DNA from: Calcarisporiella thermophila CBS 279.70
Lineage: Eukaryota; Fungi; Calcarisporiellomycota
Length of the DNA: 64,000 nt
Reading direction: 5' to 3'
NCBI RefSeq assembly: GCF_041956535.1
Contig: NW_027192222.1
Span: 207,477-271,476, forward strand
Shown: positions 1 through 11,630 of the stretch, one piece after another
How positions within the stretch are numbered: position 1 is the first letter of the stretch
How the letters are laid out: each line of letters starts with the position of its first letter
Notes under the pieces: model-generated
Seen by the model: the letters and a program-made list of their open reading frames with translations, nothing else
What the model was told of the DNA's origin: nothing
Databases searched by the model: none
Made by a program: the position numbers and the translations under genes

Positions 1-356
1 AGTTGTTGAGCTCGGCCAGTTCATTTAATACCCCCAATTGGGATTTTGCATCCAATTTTGAATCTAATCAGCAGATCAACAAAATTAGCAAACATGGTTC
101 ACTATGAAGCATAGCCAGCAGAGAGGAAAAGAGGGAGAGGAAGTGGAAGAGTGAGGAGAGTGAATCGTTTACCTTTCTTAGAGTGGGGCATGATGGCTTC
201 GAGATCATTGAGAAGATGCCGCTGACGGAAGTTGATTCCGCGAGACGAGAGGACTAGAACGCGCTGTTTATTGCGCTGCTTATCTTTGCCATCTGAATTG
301 CCTGAAGCAACTTTAGATTTTTGAGCTGCTGCCGCCTGCTTGAAGACCGATGCCAT
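1..356 (-). CDS. BRX1: Ribosome biogenesis protein Brx1 (Brix domain), 5' part; truncated by the window edge
   Basis: ATG at 356. MASVFK...RNKQRVLVLSSRGINFRQRHLLNDLEAIMPHSKK, then GT-AG intron 172..64, then DSKLDAKSQLGVLNELAELNN. This is the typical Brx1 N-terminus. Confidence 0.93.
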
Positions 357-551
357 GGTGATTCCAAAGATCAAGTCTCTCAACCAAATTGAAGCCGAAA
401 TTGCAGTAAACAAAATGAGGGACGGGACAGTCACAATGTGACTACGACTCAGCCACGATGCTTCCCTCGACACTAGACAAAAAAAATTAAACATAAACAC
501 AGGTAGGCTAAAACGCGATCATCGCTTAGACAGGCGGATCTAGTATAAATC

Positions 552-1476
552 ATGTCACGAAGATTCCTAGGGCATGTCCCGCGCATTCTACAATCGTCGC
601 GCGGTCTAGCCACTTCCTCCGCCGCTGCCTCAACACAAGTATCCTCGCCATCCGCCTACCGGCTGGTGGCCGGCGTAGTCCTTGCCCGCTCTCCCCAAAT
701 CCAGCGCTCACCCACCGCATTCGAGCAAGCCTATTTCAACTACCAGAAGCAGCTCGCCCGGCATACTTCTGCATTCTTCCCTACCGATTTCTACTTCAAA
801 AAAGGATCGATTGCCGAGAAGCGCTGGCAACGGCAACAGGAAATCGAGAAGCGCGAGGACATTTTTAACCCGTCGGCATCGTCGCAAAAGGAGGCCAAGA
901 CCGTAGAAAAGGCAGAAGTGGAAGAAGACGACAAAAGCATTGGAGGGGATCTAGAGGCAAAGGTGGAGCCGGCCAGCCGTGTGACCGAAGCGGACAAGAA
1001 GGGAGACGTGAAGAGTCTGGATCGCGCATTGGACCGAACCCTGTACTTGATTGTAAAGAAACCGCGGGAGGAGCATGCATGGCAGTTTCCTCAGGGAGGT
1101 TTGGACGACAATGAGCTGCTACATCAGGTAATTATTGGATGTTTTTCCTCATCTGAATGCCGAACTAACTACAACTCTTTGTATAAAGGCTGCTGAGAGG
1201 GAACTGACAGAGGAATGTGGCCCTAACCTCGACACCTGGTTTGTGGGGCGTGCACCCGTAGGCCACTACGTGTATGACTACCCCGCCCATTTCTCCAAGG
1301 GATCGCCATATAAGGGGTCGAAGGTTTTCTTCATGAAGGCCCACGTCTTTGCCGGCAAGGTCCAGGTCGACCAGCGTGAGATTGTAGACTATGCATGGGT
1401 GACGAAGGAGGAGCTCAAGAATTACGTGGATCCGCGATACTACGAGGCTGTCCGGGATATGCTGTCCGATATATAG
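552..1476 (+). CDS. MRPL46: Mitochondrial large-subunit ribosomal protein mL46 (NUDIX-like C-terminus), 2 exons
   Basis: Mitochondrial presequence, then RVTEADKKGDVKSLDRALDRTLYLIVK and WQFPQG. Intron 1128..1188 joins to AAERELTEECG...WFVGRAPVGHY...KVFFMKA...DYAWVTKEEL. Confidence 0.92.
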
Positions 1477-1968
1477 ATTTTTACACGATTGTTTAATTTT
1501 TTTTATTTTTTGTTTTGTTTGTAAATTGCTTCTACTTTACTTTTTCCACCTTGGACGATTCCTCCTTTTTTATCTTTATTTGACTTTTTACAATCATTTT
1601 AAAATATATCTCTCTCTGTCTTTCTCTCGTCATCCATTTATCCCGACTTACTTCTTCCTTTATGAAAAAACAACCATCATGCAAGGATGTAGAGAAGGGG
1701 AATTGTTAAACAACAGAAAATCTTTATATTCTACGGCATTAGAAAGAAAGAAGAAACAAAATAAAACATTCGCAATCAAAAAATAACCATCTAACACAAG
1801 AAGGATTCAAGTGGAGAAGTAAGCTTGGCTGAAAAGAAGAAGAAGAAGAAAAAAAAAAAACAAAAACTAAAGAGACATCCAGGAAATCGTGGAATAAATA
1901 TTTAAATAAATTAATATTAGGAAACAACACTTTAAAAAGAAAAAGGAATAAATACCGGGTTATCCTCC

Positions 1969-3993
1969 TCAGAAGAAGTTACGAGAGCTCCTACTTGAGG
2001 GCGGTGGGGCTGGGAATACAACCACGTTCTTATTTTTCCCTTCCTTGGGGCTCAAGTCTGGCGAATCCCCATCCAGCTTTATGATCGCCTCCCCGGACGA
2101 TGAGGAGAGAAACGAGGACCTTCCCTCCTGTCCAGCATCGCCGACACTCAGCAGATTCGTGCTGGGTGCGCTATTGGAGGGTGCAAGAGAGCTGGAAGAG
2201 GCTGCCGCCTGATTCTGGCCAGACGAGACGAATTCTTGGGACTTTGAACGGCGATGGAAGGGCAAAGGTGGCAGTGGCTTGTCTTTTGGGGCCGAGACAG
2301 CGGGTGGGTATTGTAGAATGCTTGAAAAAGGCTTCTGAGATGTCAGAGACTCGTATATTGGAGAGGGTGCATCCACGAGTGCTGAGAGCACTGAGAGGGT
2401 GCCGTACGAGTCGCCGCTTGAGAGGGTGTCGGAAGAGACGACTCGCGCAGGGGAGGTGGGGCTGGAGAGTGGAGAGAGCGGGAGAGGTTTGAATGTGAAG
2501 GAGGGGAGCCGGGGACTCTCCGACATGGAGCCGGGCTGGGAGGCACCCCTCGGGTTGGAGGCATTTCCACTGGCCCCGCTGGAAGCTGCAGCGGCAGCTG
2601 CAGTAGCTCCAGCAGACAAAGGGGCAACGTTGTAGGTGGTGCCCGCATCTCTTCCTATTGTTTCAAACGGGAGACGGAGAGAGGCCGGGAAGTTGAGGGA
2701 GGCTAATCGAGAGGCTGAGCTGGAGGAGGAGCTCATCGAGCCCTTTCTTTTCTCAGACAGTAGCAGCTCTTGGAAAGGATGCTTGTACCGCCTGTAGTAG
2801 CGATAGAGGAAGAACCCCACTACCAATGCTACAGCCGTGAGAGCCCCTAAGGTGGCCCCCACAATAACGCCAATGTTGGGCTGCTGCGACTGGAAAGCGT
2901 TGCCGTTCACGTTCATGTCGGCGTAGGTGGAGGTGCCTCTTGGTGGGGAGACCATGGTCGCAGGGCCGGGAACCATTGAAATTGTCGTAGGATCCACCCC
3001 GCTGACCTTGGCTGAAGTGCTCAACACCCCTTGGCGTGACGTGGTGGGGGAGGCGGGATCTGCGCCCGAAGGCGTGATCCCGGGAAGCCCAGGACTATTC
3101 GTGCCACGAGTCGAGCCAGCGCCTGGCCTAGGCGTATTTGAGTTGGCGTTGGCATCGGCCGGTCTGCGTGCTGTGGCGGAGACGGGCGATGAAGGAGTCA
3201 CGATGACGCCTCTGATGGTTTTGGTGATGTTGGTATTTGGGATGAAGATCGTGAGGGTTGGTATACTTTCCAGAGGTATGGAGGGCCGCTTGCTGCGGCT
3301 GACGAGGGGCGTGCTTGGCACCGACAAGCTGCTCATGAGGGTGTGCAAAGGGCGGGTGGCCGGGATGAGGTTGTCATCGGCGCCGACGGTGGTGGTGACG
3401 GTTGTGGTGGTGGTCGCGGTGGTGGTTGTGGTTGTGGTGGAAGCGAGAGCCTTTTTCGAGGCCATGGAATGGCGAGGAGCATCCTTCTTGAGCGAGCCGT
3501 ACGCTTTCTTTTTCCTTGTTCCCTTGTGCCCCGCTTTGCTCACGCTGCCAACCTTCTTTTCCCCCCACCCCCTCTCCTCCAATGGCATTGCGCCCTGCAC
3601 TTCACCCCTAAATGCCCCTCGTATCATCCACATTTTTGCCTCAGATTCCCCGGCCGGCTTCGGTGTATTTTTAGACGGCCGCGCGGCCGCTTCACCATCC
3701 TCCTGCCGCGGCAGCTGCGGCCGCCTCTCTGCTACTCTCTCGCCCGCTTTCCCGATGCCGCTCGCCGACTCCCCTGGCGGAATGTCGCGCCCGTTCTCTG
3801 GTCCCGCTGCTCCTTCCTTTTCTGGAAGACGCTGTTTCGGATTCCGTTCGCGGCACACCGCGCTCTCGCATTCGGGAAAGCACTTTCTTCGCCACCTGCG
3901 GCATATGGCGCGGCGGCACTGGCATATTGAGCTGCCGTCGCCCCGCCTGGCGAGCCGCGGGTATATTCGTGTGATTGAGGCCATTATGTACAT
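1969..3993 (-). CDS. Ser/Thr/Pro-rich single-pass membrane protein (Mid2/mucin-like cell-surface sensor candidate); start uncertain
   Basis: 674-aa ORF with Thr/Ser-rich region, one TM helix (IGVIVGATLGALTAVALVVGFFLY) followed by basic RYYRRYK, and an S/P-rich tail. No clear signal peptide at the ORF start. Confidence 0.65.
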   Translation of the reverse strand: MYIMASITRIYPRLARRGDGSSICQCRRAICRRWRRKCFPECESAVCRERNPKQRLPEKEGAAGPENGRDIPPGESASGIGKAGERVAERRPQLPRQEDGEAAARPSKNTPKPAGESEAKMWMIRGAFRGEVQGAMPLEERGWGEKKVGSVSKAGHKGTRKKKAYGSLKKDAPRHSMASKKALASTTTTTTTATTTTTVTTTVGADDNLIPATRPLHTLMSSLSVPSTPLVSRSKRPSIPLESIPTLTIFIPNTNITKTIRGVIVTPSSPVSATARRPADANANSNTPRPGAGSTRGTNSPGLPGITPSGADPASPTTSRQGVLSTSAKVSGVDPTTISMVPGPATMVSPPRGTSTYADMNVNGNAFQSQQPNIGVIVGATLGALTAVALVVGFFLYRYYRRYKHPFQELLLSEKRKGSMSSSSSSASRLASLNFPASLRLPFETIGRDAGTTYNVAPLSAGATAAAAAASSGASGNASNPRGASQPGSMSESPRLPSFTFKPLPLSPLSSPTSPARVVSSDTLSSGDSYGTLSVLSALVDAPSPIYESLTSQKPFSSILQYPPAVSAPKDKPLPPLPFHRRSKSQEFVSSGQNQAAASSSSLAPSNSAPSTNLLSVGDAGQEGRSSFLSSSSGEAIIKLDGDSPDLSPKEGKNKNVVVFPAPPPSSRSSRNFF

Positions 3994-5497
3994 GAAAAGG
4001 ATCCTTTGTCAAAAAGGAGGCTGTTTGAATTCACTTGCACATGTAATGGGTTGAGACAGTGACTAATACAGATTGAAGGAACGGAGGGTGTTTGCAATCT
4101 ATGTGGAAATGAGCGTTCGAGTTATTCTTGCGGCCGCCATGGCTCGAATGCATTCGGGTACCAACCTCTCTACTAGACAGCGCGTGGAGAACCTGGGAAG
4201 CGGTAAGGAGAAAACAAAGGAGCAGAAAAGGGAAGGGAAAGCGCGGAAAAAACAAGCGACGCTGAGCAAAACGAGTGCGCGGCGCGAGAAAAGGAAACTT
4301 GTTTGCCGCAACCGGTTCTGGCCCATTGTTTGCCGCGATTTCGTCGCGCTGCGCTAGGCTTTCCGACCCATCCTCTGCCCTGGCCTCGCTGTCAACCCCG
4401 CTCTTTTGTTTGAAACTCTAATTTTTAATTCGACTCGTTTTTGGGCAAACCGCCTCGGGTGACTGGACCTTGTTGACGGGTTTGGGCGACCGTCGCCGGG
4501 CGGGAGGCAAGGGCTCCACGCCAACCAGCGGCAGCGTGGATTCCGAACAATAACAAAGCTAGGGCGCATGGCGAAGGGCTGGGAGAGCGCGAGGGAGAGG
4601 AGGGCCCCCGTCGCCGCAGGCTTGCGCTGCGCTCCCCGTAAATGGGTGAGAAAACTTTGCATCAACTCTAAAGTTCAGGCTGAGCTCTTTTCCGCAGCGC
4701 TTCGATTTAGAATCAACCGAGCACCGCGCTAGGAAAGAGAAAGTCTAAAGGAAACAGGAACTTCTGGGATCCAAACCCGCCGGCTCACAAACAACTTGAT
4801 TCCCAGAGAAGCCTGTGGTTACAGAGCGATCAAGCCATAGCTCGGCGTCCTTGATGAACACGGCTCTCCCGCTCAATGGCCCACGAGCCATATGCGCACC
4901 AGATTAAGTTCAAGCTTCTCCTCTTCCTCTCATATCACCGCAACATTTCCCATTCTATAGCTTTCGCGCTAGGTGAAAAATGGTGATGGATTTCGGATGG
5001 CCATCAACAAAGACAACCCCGTACTCCGCTCGATAGAGGGTCGGCCCGCGATCAAAATGTCAATCCTATACCTGACGGCCAGCTTGATTGGATAAAATAG
5101 GCCTCAGGTAATGGAGTACAAAGTATGCTTTCGAAAGCTCTTGGTCTTGTGTTATAGGAGGCTTTATTGGATAGCATCAAAAAAGGACAATAAAAAAAGG
5201 AAAATTTGAGGTTATTTTTTTGGCTGCTATGGTATATTAGAGAAAAACTGGACTTCGTCGACTTTCAGAGATATAGCGCCTTGGTGTATATCCAAGCGGT
5301 GTGAATCAATTGCAAATCAACTTGCCAATACTATGACTCCTCAATCCTGTAAGATTGTGTTTATTGCCCATGGTACTTGGGAAATCGTATCGGTATCATG
5401 TCGTATTTGAAGCGACTATTTATAGAAATGACGAACAAAACAGTGCTGAGCACGTATGAACACTTGAAATGCGATCTAGAACCATCAGGAAATGGGT

Positions 5498-7602
5498 TCA
5501 TGGGGTGATATCAGTAGTACTGCCATCAGGCGCAATGATAGTAAACCTAGTGCTTTCAGCGGTGCACACGATATTCACCACGACCACTCTGTCCACTCTT
5601 TCTAGTTTGGAGAGAACCCCATGGTCTTCCAGACAGAAATAGATCTGGTGAAAGGGACTCTTGTAAGAGGGGTCATAGACCTTGGCCGGTGAGAAGGGTT
5701 GACTTATATCGATCTCAGTCAACCTGTTGACTTCAAGTTGGTAACCAGCGAATAACTCATCTCCATCCATCACGATTAGATCGATTTCATTGAGTTCTTC
5801 ACCACCCACCTGGAATATACATGCCATGGGCTTGGGAAGTAATCCCTGGAAAGCGGTGTAGAGGCCAGTCTGATATCTTGCTTTGATGAGCTCAACCTGG
5901 GTGAGTGCTTGTTCTCGAATGAGAGTGGATCGGGTTAGATACTGGAGCCCATACTTCAGAAGCTCGATTGGATCTTGTACGTCGCTCCTTCTTAAACAAC
6001 AGGAGAGCTTCGGCCACACGGCATCAATGCAATTACGAAGGAGAAGGCCATTTGTAAACTGGACCCACGACGGCTTAACTTCAACGGGGGTGAGCACGCC
6101 GATATTAAGTAGAAGTTCCTCCACGGGATTAGGGTGATCCTCATCCAGCTTCCACGGCTTCATATGGTGCGCTGGAAGTTCACGAACATAGGCCCTTTCT
6201 TCTTCCGACAGTCTGGCCAGATGGTGCTCGATTTTAGAAAGAGTCCCGATCATATATTCGCGAAAATTTTGCTGTAGCACACGGCCCCATGAGGAGGGAG
6301 TGGGGTGGAAGTGCTGGTGGAGTTTGAGCAAGGTCATGAAGGAAGCCGGGTGTCCCCGGGATTCATGGACGATCTTTTCTTCAATATCGACGGAAATGCC
6401 TTCTGGGTTGCAGCGCCACTTGTAGAGGTAGAAAAGTTGGCCCATCTCAGCCACGGAAAATAGAGGCATGGGACGAAATAGAACTTTATCCATCGGCGTA
6501 TCCAACGCCCCACTGCCCTCTCGCAGGTGAGTGAGCTGAAAAGTGCCTACAGCAACATAGGACACGGATTGGGATGAAAGCGCCTGGAAAAAATCCTTGG
6601 CCACCTTAAGAAGGTGAGGGTCCTCAAAGATGGTTTGAAACTCGTCTATAAGAAGGTAAAAGGGGTGTTGAAACTCTTGGAGCCGCTTTCTCAGTTCGTC
6701 CCAGGTGAGATGCTTGGAAAAAAGATGATAGGACATAAATCGCAAAAAACCTGCCACCACCGCCCTTCTACTTGATTGCCCTCGGAGTTCCCCTTTCACA
6801 TCGGTCATATCAAGGTACAATGCGTTCGAACCCGCCTTCTTTAATTGATCGAGAAGGGCCCATAGCAAAGAGGTCTTGCCACTCTGGCATGGTCCATGGA
6901 TCACATACGATTTTCCACGCTGACTAATATTGGTATATACCTCTTCAAAAATGTCCTATTCATCAAAGGGAAGAGCAAGCCAGGTGTGGCCCGGCTCCAT
7001 TGGACCCTCCGTTAAAATGGTTGACCGGATCGACTTTTTGTAGTCCTTTTCTTCTTCTAAAAACGCTAATATGATTTCACTTAATAAGGCATGGACAAAA
7101 GGAGGTAGCCTGATTTAGCAACCATGAAGCTCTAAAGACAGAGTCCTACCTTCACCTATCGTCCTCTTAATTCCAGCACCTAATGAGAGTGGGATAATAA
7201 GTAAAAGGGTGAGAGTTTTATGTGGATTTAAAAAAAAAAAAAGAAAACGAGCCATGAAGAAAAGAAAGACCATTAGCGGTTTGTACATTTCTGCGATATC
7301 TCGACGAGTATGTGGATGTGCTTCTTTCTTGGTTCTTCCGCAAAGATCTCGCAGATCTCATCTATCGGCAACATCCTCCGTTTGTCCAGTTGTTTGAAAT
7401 TATCATGGCAGGTGCGATACTCCTTCGATGGAACCTCTATTTTCCACAATAGAAGGTCCAAGGCGTCCAGCTTCTTCAACTGCTGTTTATACTTCTTCTT
7501 GATCTTCTCCTGCAGACTATAGAACGTTTCCGGCCCACACACTTCAACTGAGAATGGGAGCGATAAGATCTCATCGCAGTCGATCAGGCAGTTTAGTAAC
7601 AT
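5498..7602 (-). pseudogene. Crinkler (CRN)-type gene: ubiquitin-like CRN header + AAA+/STAND-like NTPase + degenerate REase-like domain; in-frame TAG at 6958..6956
   Basis: Exon 1 MLLNCLID...PFSVEV...LQEKIK...LDALDLLLWKI...HIHILVEI carries the LxLFLAK and HVLVxxP equivalents. Phase-compatible splicing through a small exon (about 7179..7150) and an exon starting at 7056 reads ILTEGPMEPGHTWLALPFDE*DIFEE, then Walker A GPCQSGKT and Walker B LLIDEFQ. Confidence 0.8.
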
Positions 7603-8356
7603 AATTATACCGGCTAGCACAAGGAGATGGGGGCAAGTTAATTCGGAGCATGGATTGAAAGGTAAAATAATCGCTCATCACAATGACAGGATCATTCTTC
7701 TTTTATCCGAGAATAAAGCTCAGTAGCTCCAAGATGGATTCCAAATCGGAGAGGCTTGTTGGTTGATAGGTTGAAGCCATGTTTTTTTGTAACGTAGCAT
7801 GAAGGGTACAAATAAGTTGGGCCAACCAAGTTCAGAGTTCACCTACATCAATGGATGCCTAAGAGCACGTGTAGATCACCCCTCTCTATAACGTAGCTAT
7901 GTGTCTATGTGCTCTCTAGTATCAAGACGGTATGGATTCAGTCATACTGGCGACCACTTGGAAGCCTATATAAAAGACGCGTACTCGGTCTTAACTCTAC
8001 TGTGACATCAATGTGGTGTCCCTTTTGAAGTTTGGATGAATATGGATGCGAATACCCTATCAACTTGCTAGGCTGTTGCCATTTACAAGGTCCAGAAGAT
8101 GCAATATAAGACACCAAGACTTTATCGAAGATTGCCTCTAAAGAAGCTCAAAAACGGCGTATCTTAACAAATCAACCTTTTCCATAATGCATTCCGACTC
8201 ACGACAGAAGCTTAATCCACAACTTACTCAAGATCCTAGACTAAGATCAGCTAGATTTTATTTGGCTCATTAAGGTCACTAATAGCATAAATCTGGGGAG
8301 GGGAGAGGGACAAAAATCGATTATTATGCTTGAATGGAATTGATAATGGTTGCTCC

Positions 8357-8938
8357 TTAGGAGGAGATATAAGCACTAAAGGACTGCGGAGCGAAGTTAG
8401 TGAACGTGGACTTGGGTGTAACCGAGTCGAAAGTGAGGGTGGAGTTGGCGGGACGAACATTGGCCTTGACGTCGTCGACAAACTCATTGATTGTGTGGTA
8501 TGGCTCTCCTTCAAAATCGAACAGGCACTGGTAAACGTTCGTGCCATTACAGTTCGTGTCCGAACATCCTACACTTTTATATTTAGATGCCATAAGGAAC
8601 ATGAAGTTCGCGTCAGAGCTTTTGGGGTTATTGAAGTCGTACTGGGCGAGGCCAATGGTGTAGAATGTAGTTATCGCACTCTTCCAGGAGCGAGCCCCAT
8701 AATAAACAAGAGAAGTGGTATTAGAAGGAGATGGGGTAGGCTTCACGCACGTTAGGACGTGGGCAAGGGCCGCTCTCTCAAGTTCCCTGTTCCATGGGAG
8801 TGCCTTAACGCCATGAGCTTGGCGAATGGTATTGATCAACTGAAGGACATACTCTGGAGTCTCCACCTGCCGTTTGTGAGGTGCTCCTAGAGCAAACGTG
8901 AAGGTAAGAAGCACGGAAACCAGACCTAGGAATTTCAT
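8357..8938 (-). CDS. Secreted CAP/SCP/PR-1-fold protein, paralog 1 of 7
   Basis: Signal peptide MKFLGLVSVLLTFTFALG, APHKR/Q Kex2 site, INTIRQAHGVKALPWN, YDFNNP, SVGC...C...C. Intronless; TATAAAA about 60 bp upstream. Confidence 0.88.
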   Translation of the reverse strand: MKFLGLVSVLLTFTFALGAPHKRQVETPEYVLQLINTIRQAHGVKALPWNRELERAALAHVLTCVKPTPSPSNTTSLVYYGARSWKSAITTFYTIGLAQYDFNNPKSSDANFMFLMASKYKSVGCSDTNCNGTNVYQCLFDFEGEPYHTINEFVDDVKANVRPANSTLTFDSVTPKSTFTNFAPQSFSAYISS

Positions 8939-9693
8939 TTTTTGAAGAGTTGGAGGTAAAAGGGATAATATGTGCATCGATTTGGCAGCTGTCCTTTTAT
9001 AAGTGAAAACCGCACTCGGAGCTATACTCCCCCTCTCTTCAGAGCATGTTTTGTTATGGAATTGCGATAGAAGGTTATTCTCCGCACTCTTACCAAAACT
9101 CAAAATGCACTCCTAACGATACTGAAAGCACTTTCAAAGAAAGTATTTCCTTATGCAGGTGGCTAGTACAATGTAGCACAGTTAAGCTGGGACAACGAAA
9201 TGATAGTTACGAGTTTGACATCATTTAAGAAGTGTGTGTCACACTGGCCCCATCAATGGGAATTCGATAAGAAAAAACTAAAGCGAGTTGTCCCAATCTT
9301 ACCAGGCTGGCATTGCGATATTAAGGTTGTACACTTTCTTGAAGTTTGGGCGGGTGTAATTGCGATTACCCTATCGGATTCCTTGTAATTAGCCTAGCAC
9401 CATTTACATGCATCCACAGGATGAATTCAAATAGCTGAGCCATAGTAGCCAAGACTTCATTCAAGGTCTCCTTTTAAATAAAAAAACTCAGAAAGAATGC
9501 ATCATAAAAATCGTCCTTATCCGTAATGTTTTTATTCTAAATGACAAGAGAATCCTAAATCAAAGCTTATCTATGGCATAGGTCAGGGTCAATTAGAATT
9601 TATTTCGGTCACCGAAAGTCAATATTAACAGATGATTGAGGAAGATAGAAATAGAATTAAAAATGCATAGATAAATTAGATAAATGCAGCTCC

Positions 9694-10284
9694 TTAGAAG
9701 GAGACTAAGGCACCGTAGGATTGGGGTGAGATGAAGTTGGTGAACATGGATTTGGGCGCAACCGAATCGATGGCGAGGGTGGCGTTGGCGGGTCGAACAC
9801 TGGCCTTGACCTCACTGGCAAGCTCCTCCATATTCTGGTACGGCGCCCCCTCAAAATCGAAGAAGCACTGGTGAAGACTAGTGCCACTGCAGTTTGTGGC
9901 CGCGCACCCCACACTTTTGTATTTAGATGCCATAAGGAACATGAAGAAAGCGTCAGAAGTCTGGGGGTTGGGGTTATTGTAGTTGTACTGGGAGAGACCA
10001 TAGGAGTATATTCTCGTGATCGCATCCTTCCAGGAACTTGACCCTTTAGCATTAATATAATAAATGCCAGGTGGAACCGGGGGCCTTTCCATGCACAGCT
10101 GAGCTGTTGTCAGGGCTGCTACTTCAAGTTTCGTGTTCCATGATAGCGTCTTCACGCCATGAGCTTGACGGAGAGTATTGACCATCTGAAGGACATAGTC
10201 TGGCGTCTCCGCCTGCCGTTTGTGAGGTGCGCCCAGAGCAAGCGTGAAGGTAAAAATCACGGAGACCAGACCTAGGAATTTCAT
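9694..10284 (-). CDS. Secreted CAP/PR-1-fold protein, paralog 2
   Basis: Same architecture as paralog 1: MKFLG..., VNTLRQAHGVKTLSWN, SVGC. The ATG at 10284 lies downstream of the TATA box. Confidence 0.88.
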   Translation of the reverse strand: MKFLGLVSVIFTFTLALGAPHKRQAETPDYVLQMVNTLRQAHGVKTLSWNTKLEVAALTTAQLCMERPPVPPGIYYINAKGSSSWKDAITRIYSYGLSQYNYNNPNPQTSDAFFMFLMASKYKSVGCAATNCSGTSLHQCFFDFEGAPYQNMEELASEVKASVRPANATLAIDSVAPKSMFTNFISPQSYGALVSF

Positions 10285-11042
10285 TCTTCGATAAGTTGGA
10301 GGAAGTAGAGTTGGAGAGATTTCCGATGCGACAGCTGCTCTTTTTATAAGAGAAGGTCGCAGCCTAAGCTTCACACCCCCCCCCCCTCCCCTTTTGAAGA
10401 CTTGCTTTGTGTAAGGGACCACAAAAGTAGCAAGGCTACTCACCGCACTCTTGCCAATCCTCAAAATGCTCACCTAGTAACACTGGCAGTACATTCAAGG
10501 AAATAATCTCTATATATAAAAGTGCTGGCTCAATGTGGCACAACTAAGCTTGAGAAATAAAAAGATAGCTATAAGTTTAATTTCGCTTAGGACGCGTAGT
10601 AGCCGATAATCTGAAAAAAACAAACACGAGTTCTCAGACCAAGTCTTGTCAGCCTGGTATTGTGATACTAGTGTGGTATGTTATTCTTGAAAATTGGGTG
10701 GGCCTGGTTGCGAATACCCCACCGGTCTCCCGGTGATTAGTCTAGTGCCATCTACAAGAGTCCACAGATAAAATTCAAAAGGTTGAACCATAGTAGATAA
10801 GACTTCATCCAAGGTCTTCTACAAAGAAACTCAGGAAGGATACTTAATAAAAAAATCGCTTTCACCTGTAGAGTATTTATTCCAGATGGCATGAAAATCA
10901 TAAACCATAACTTTCTTAGGCATAGGTCAGATATATTAGAATTTATTTGGCTCATTAAATTACTAATAACTTACTAATAACTTAAGATTGAAGCAGATAG
11001 AAATAGGTTTTAAAACGCATAGATGAATCGGATAAAGGCAGC

Positions 11043-11630
11043 TTAAAATGAAATGTAGGCATTATAGAATTGCGGAGAGCTAAGGTTGGTGAGCACGGAA
11101 TTGGGCGTAATCGAGTCAATGGTGAGGGTGGCGTTGGCGGGTCGAACGTTGGCCTTAATATCATTGACAAACTCCTCGGCGCTCTGGTACGCCACTTCAT
11201 GTTCAAACAAGCAATAGTGAAGGCTTGTGCCATTGCAGTTCGCGGCTGCGCATCCTACACTTTTATGTCTAGGCGCCAGAAGAACCATGATGATTGAGTC
11301 GGAGCTCTGGAGTTTGGGGTTACTGAAATCGTACTTGGATAGACCCAAGCTGTAAAGTTTCGTGATCATCTCCTTCCAGGAACTTGAACCTTTGGTAAAC
11401 ATGGAAAGGACGCGAGGGGGATATGGGATCTTTTCCAGGCACCTCTCTGCTCTTGTTAGACCTGCTCTCTCGAGGTCAGTATTCCATAGGAGCGTATTAA
11501 CGCCATGAGCTTCGCGAATGGAATTGATCAACCAAAGGACATACTCTGGAGACTCAGCCTGCCGTTTGTGAGGTGCGCCCAGAGCAAGCGTAAAGATAAG
11601 AAATACGGGGATCAAGCCTAGGAATTTCAT
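11043..11630 (-). CDS. Secreted CAP/PR-1-fold protein, paralog 3
   Basis: MKFLGLIPVF..., INSIREAHGVNTLLWN, YDFSNP, SVGC. Confidence 0.88.
   Translation of the reverse strand: MKFLGLIPVFLIFTLALGAPHKRQAESPEYVLWLINSIREAHGVNTLLWNTDLERAGLTRAERCLEKIPYPPRVLSMFTKGSSSWKEMITKLYSLGLSKYDFSNPKLQSSDSIIMVLLAPRHKSVGCAAANCNGTSLHYCLFEHEVAYQSAEEFVNDIKANVRPANATLTIDSITPNSVLTNLSSPQFYNAYISF

Noticed and set aside
2927-4054. 375-aa plus-strand ORF (and 3343..3930)
   Set aside because: Antisense shadow of the GC-rich Ser/Thr membrane protein gene; no motifs.
4031-4255. Signal-peptide-like ORF upstream of the 674-aa membrane protein
   Set aside because: It starts at TTG, and I could not find an in-frame splice joining it to the main ORF.
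7788-8007. Possible solo LTR (TGTAAC...GTGACA with TATA)
   Set aside because: Imperfect ends, no TSD and no second copy in the window.
8938-9103. N-terminal extensions of CAP ORFs in the ORF track
   Set aside because: They run through the TATA box and start at non-ATG or unconserved codons. The conserved MKFLG ATG gives a signal peptide.
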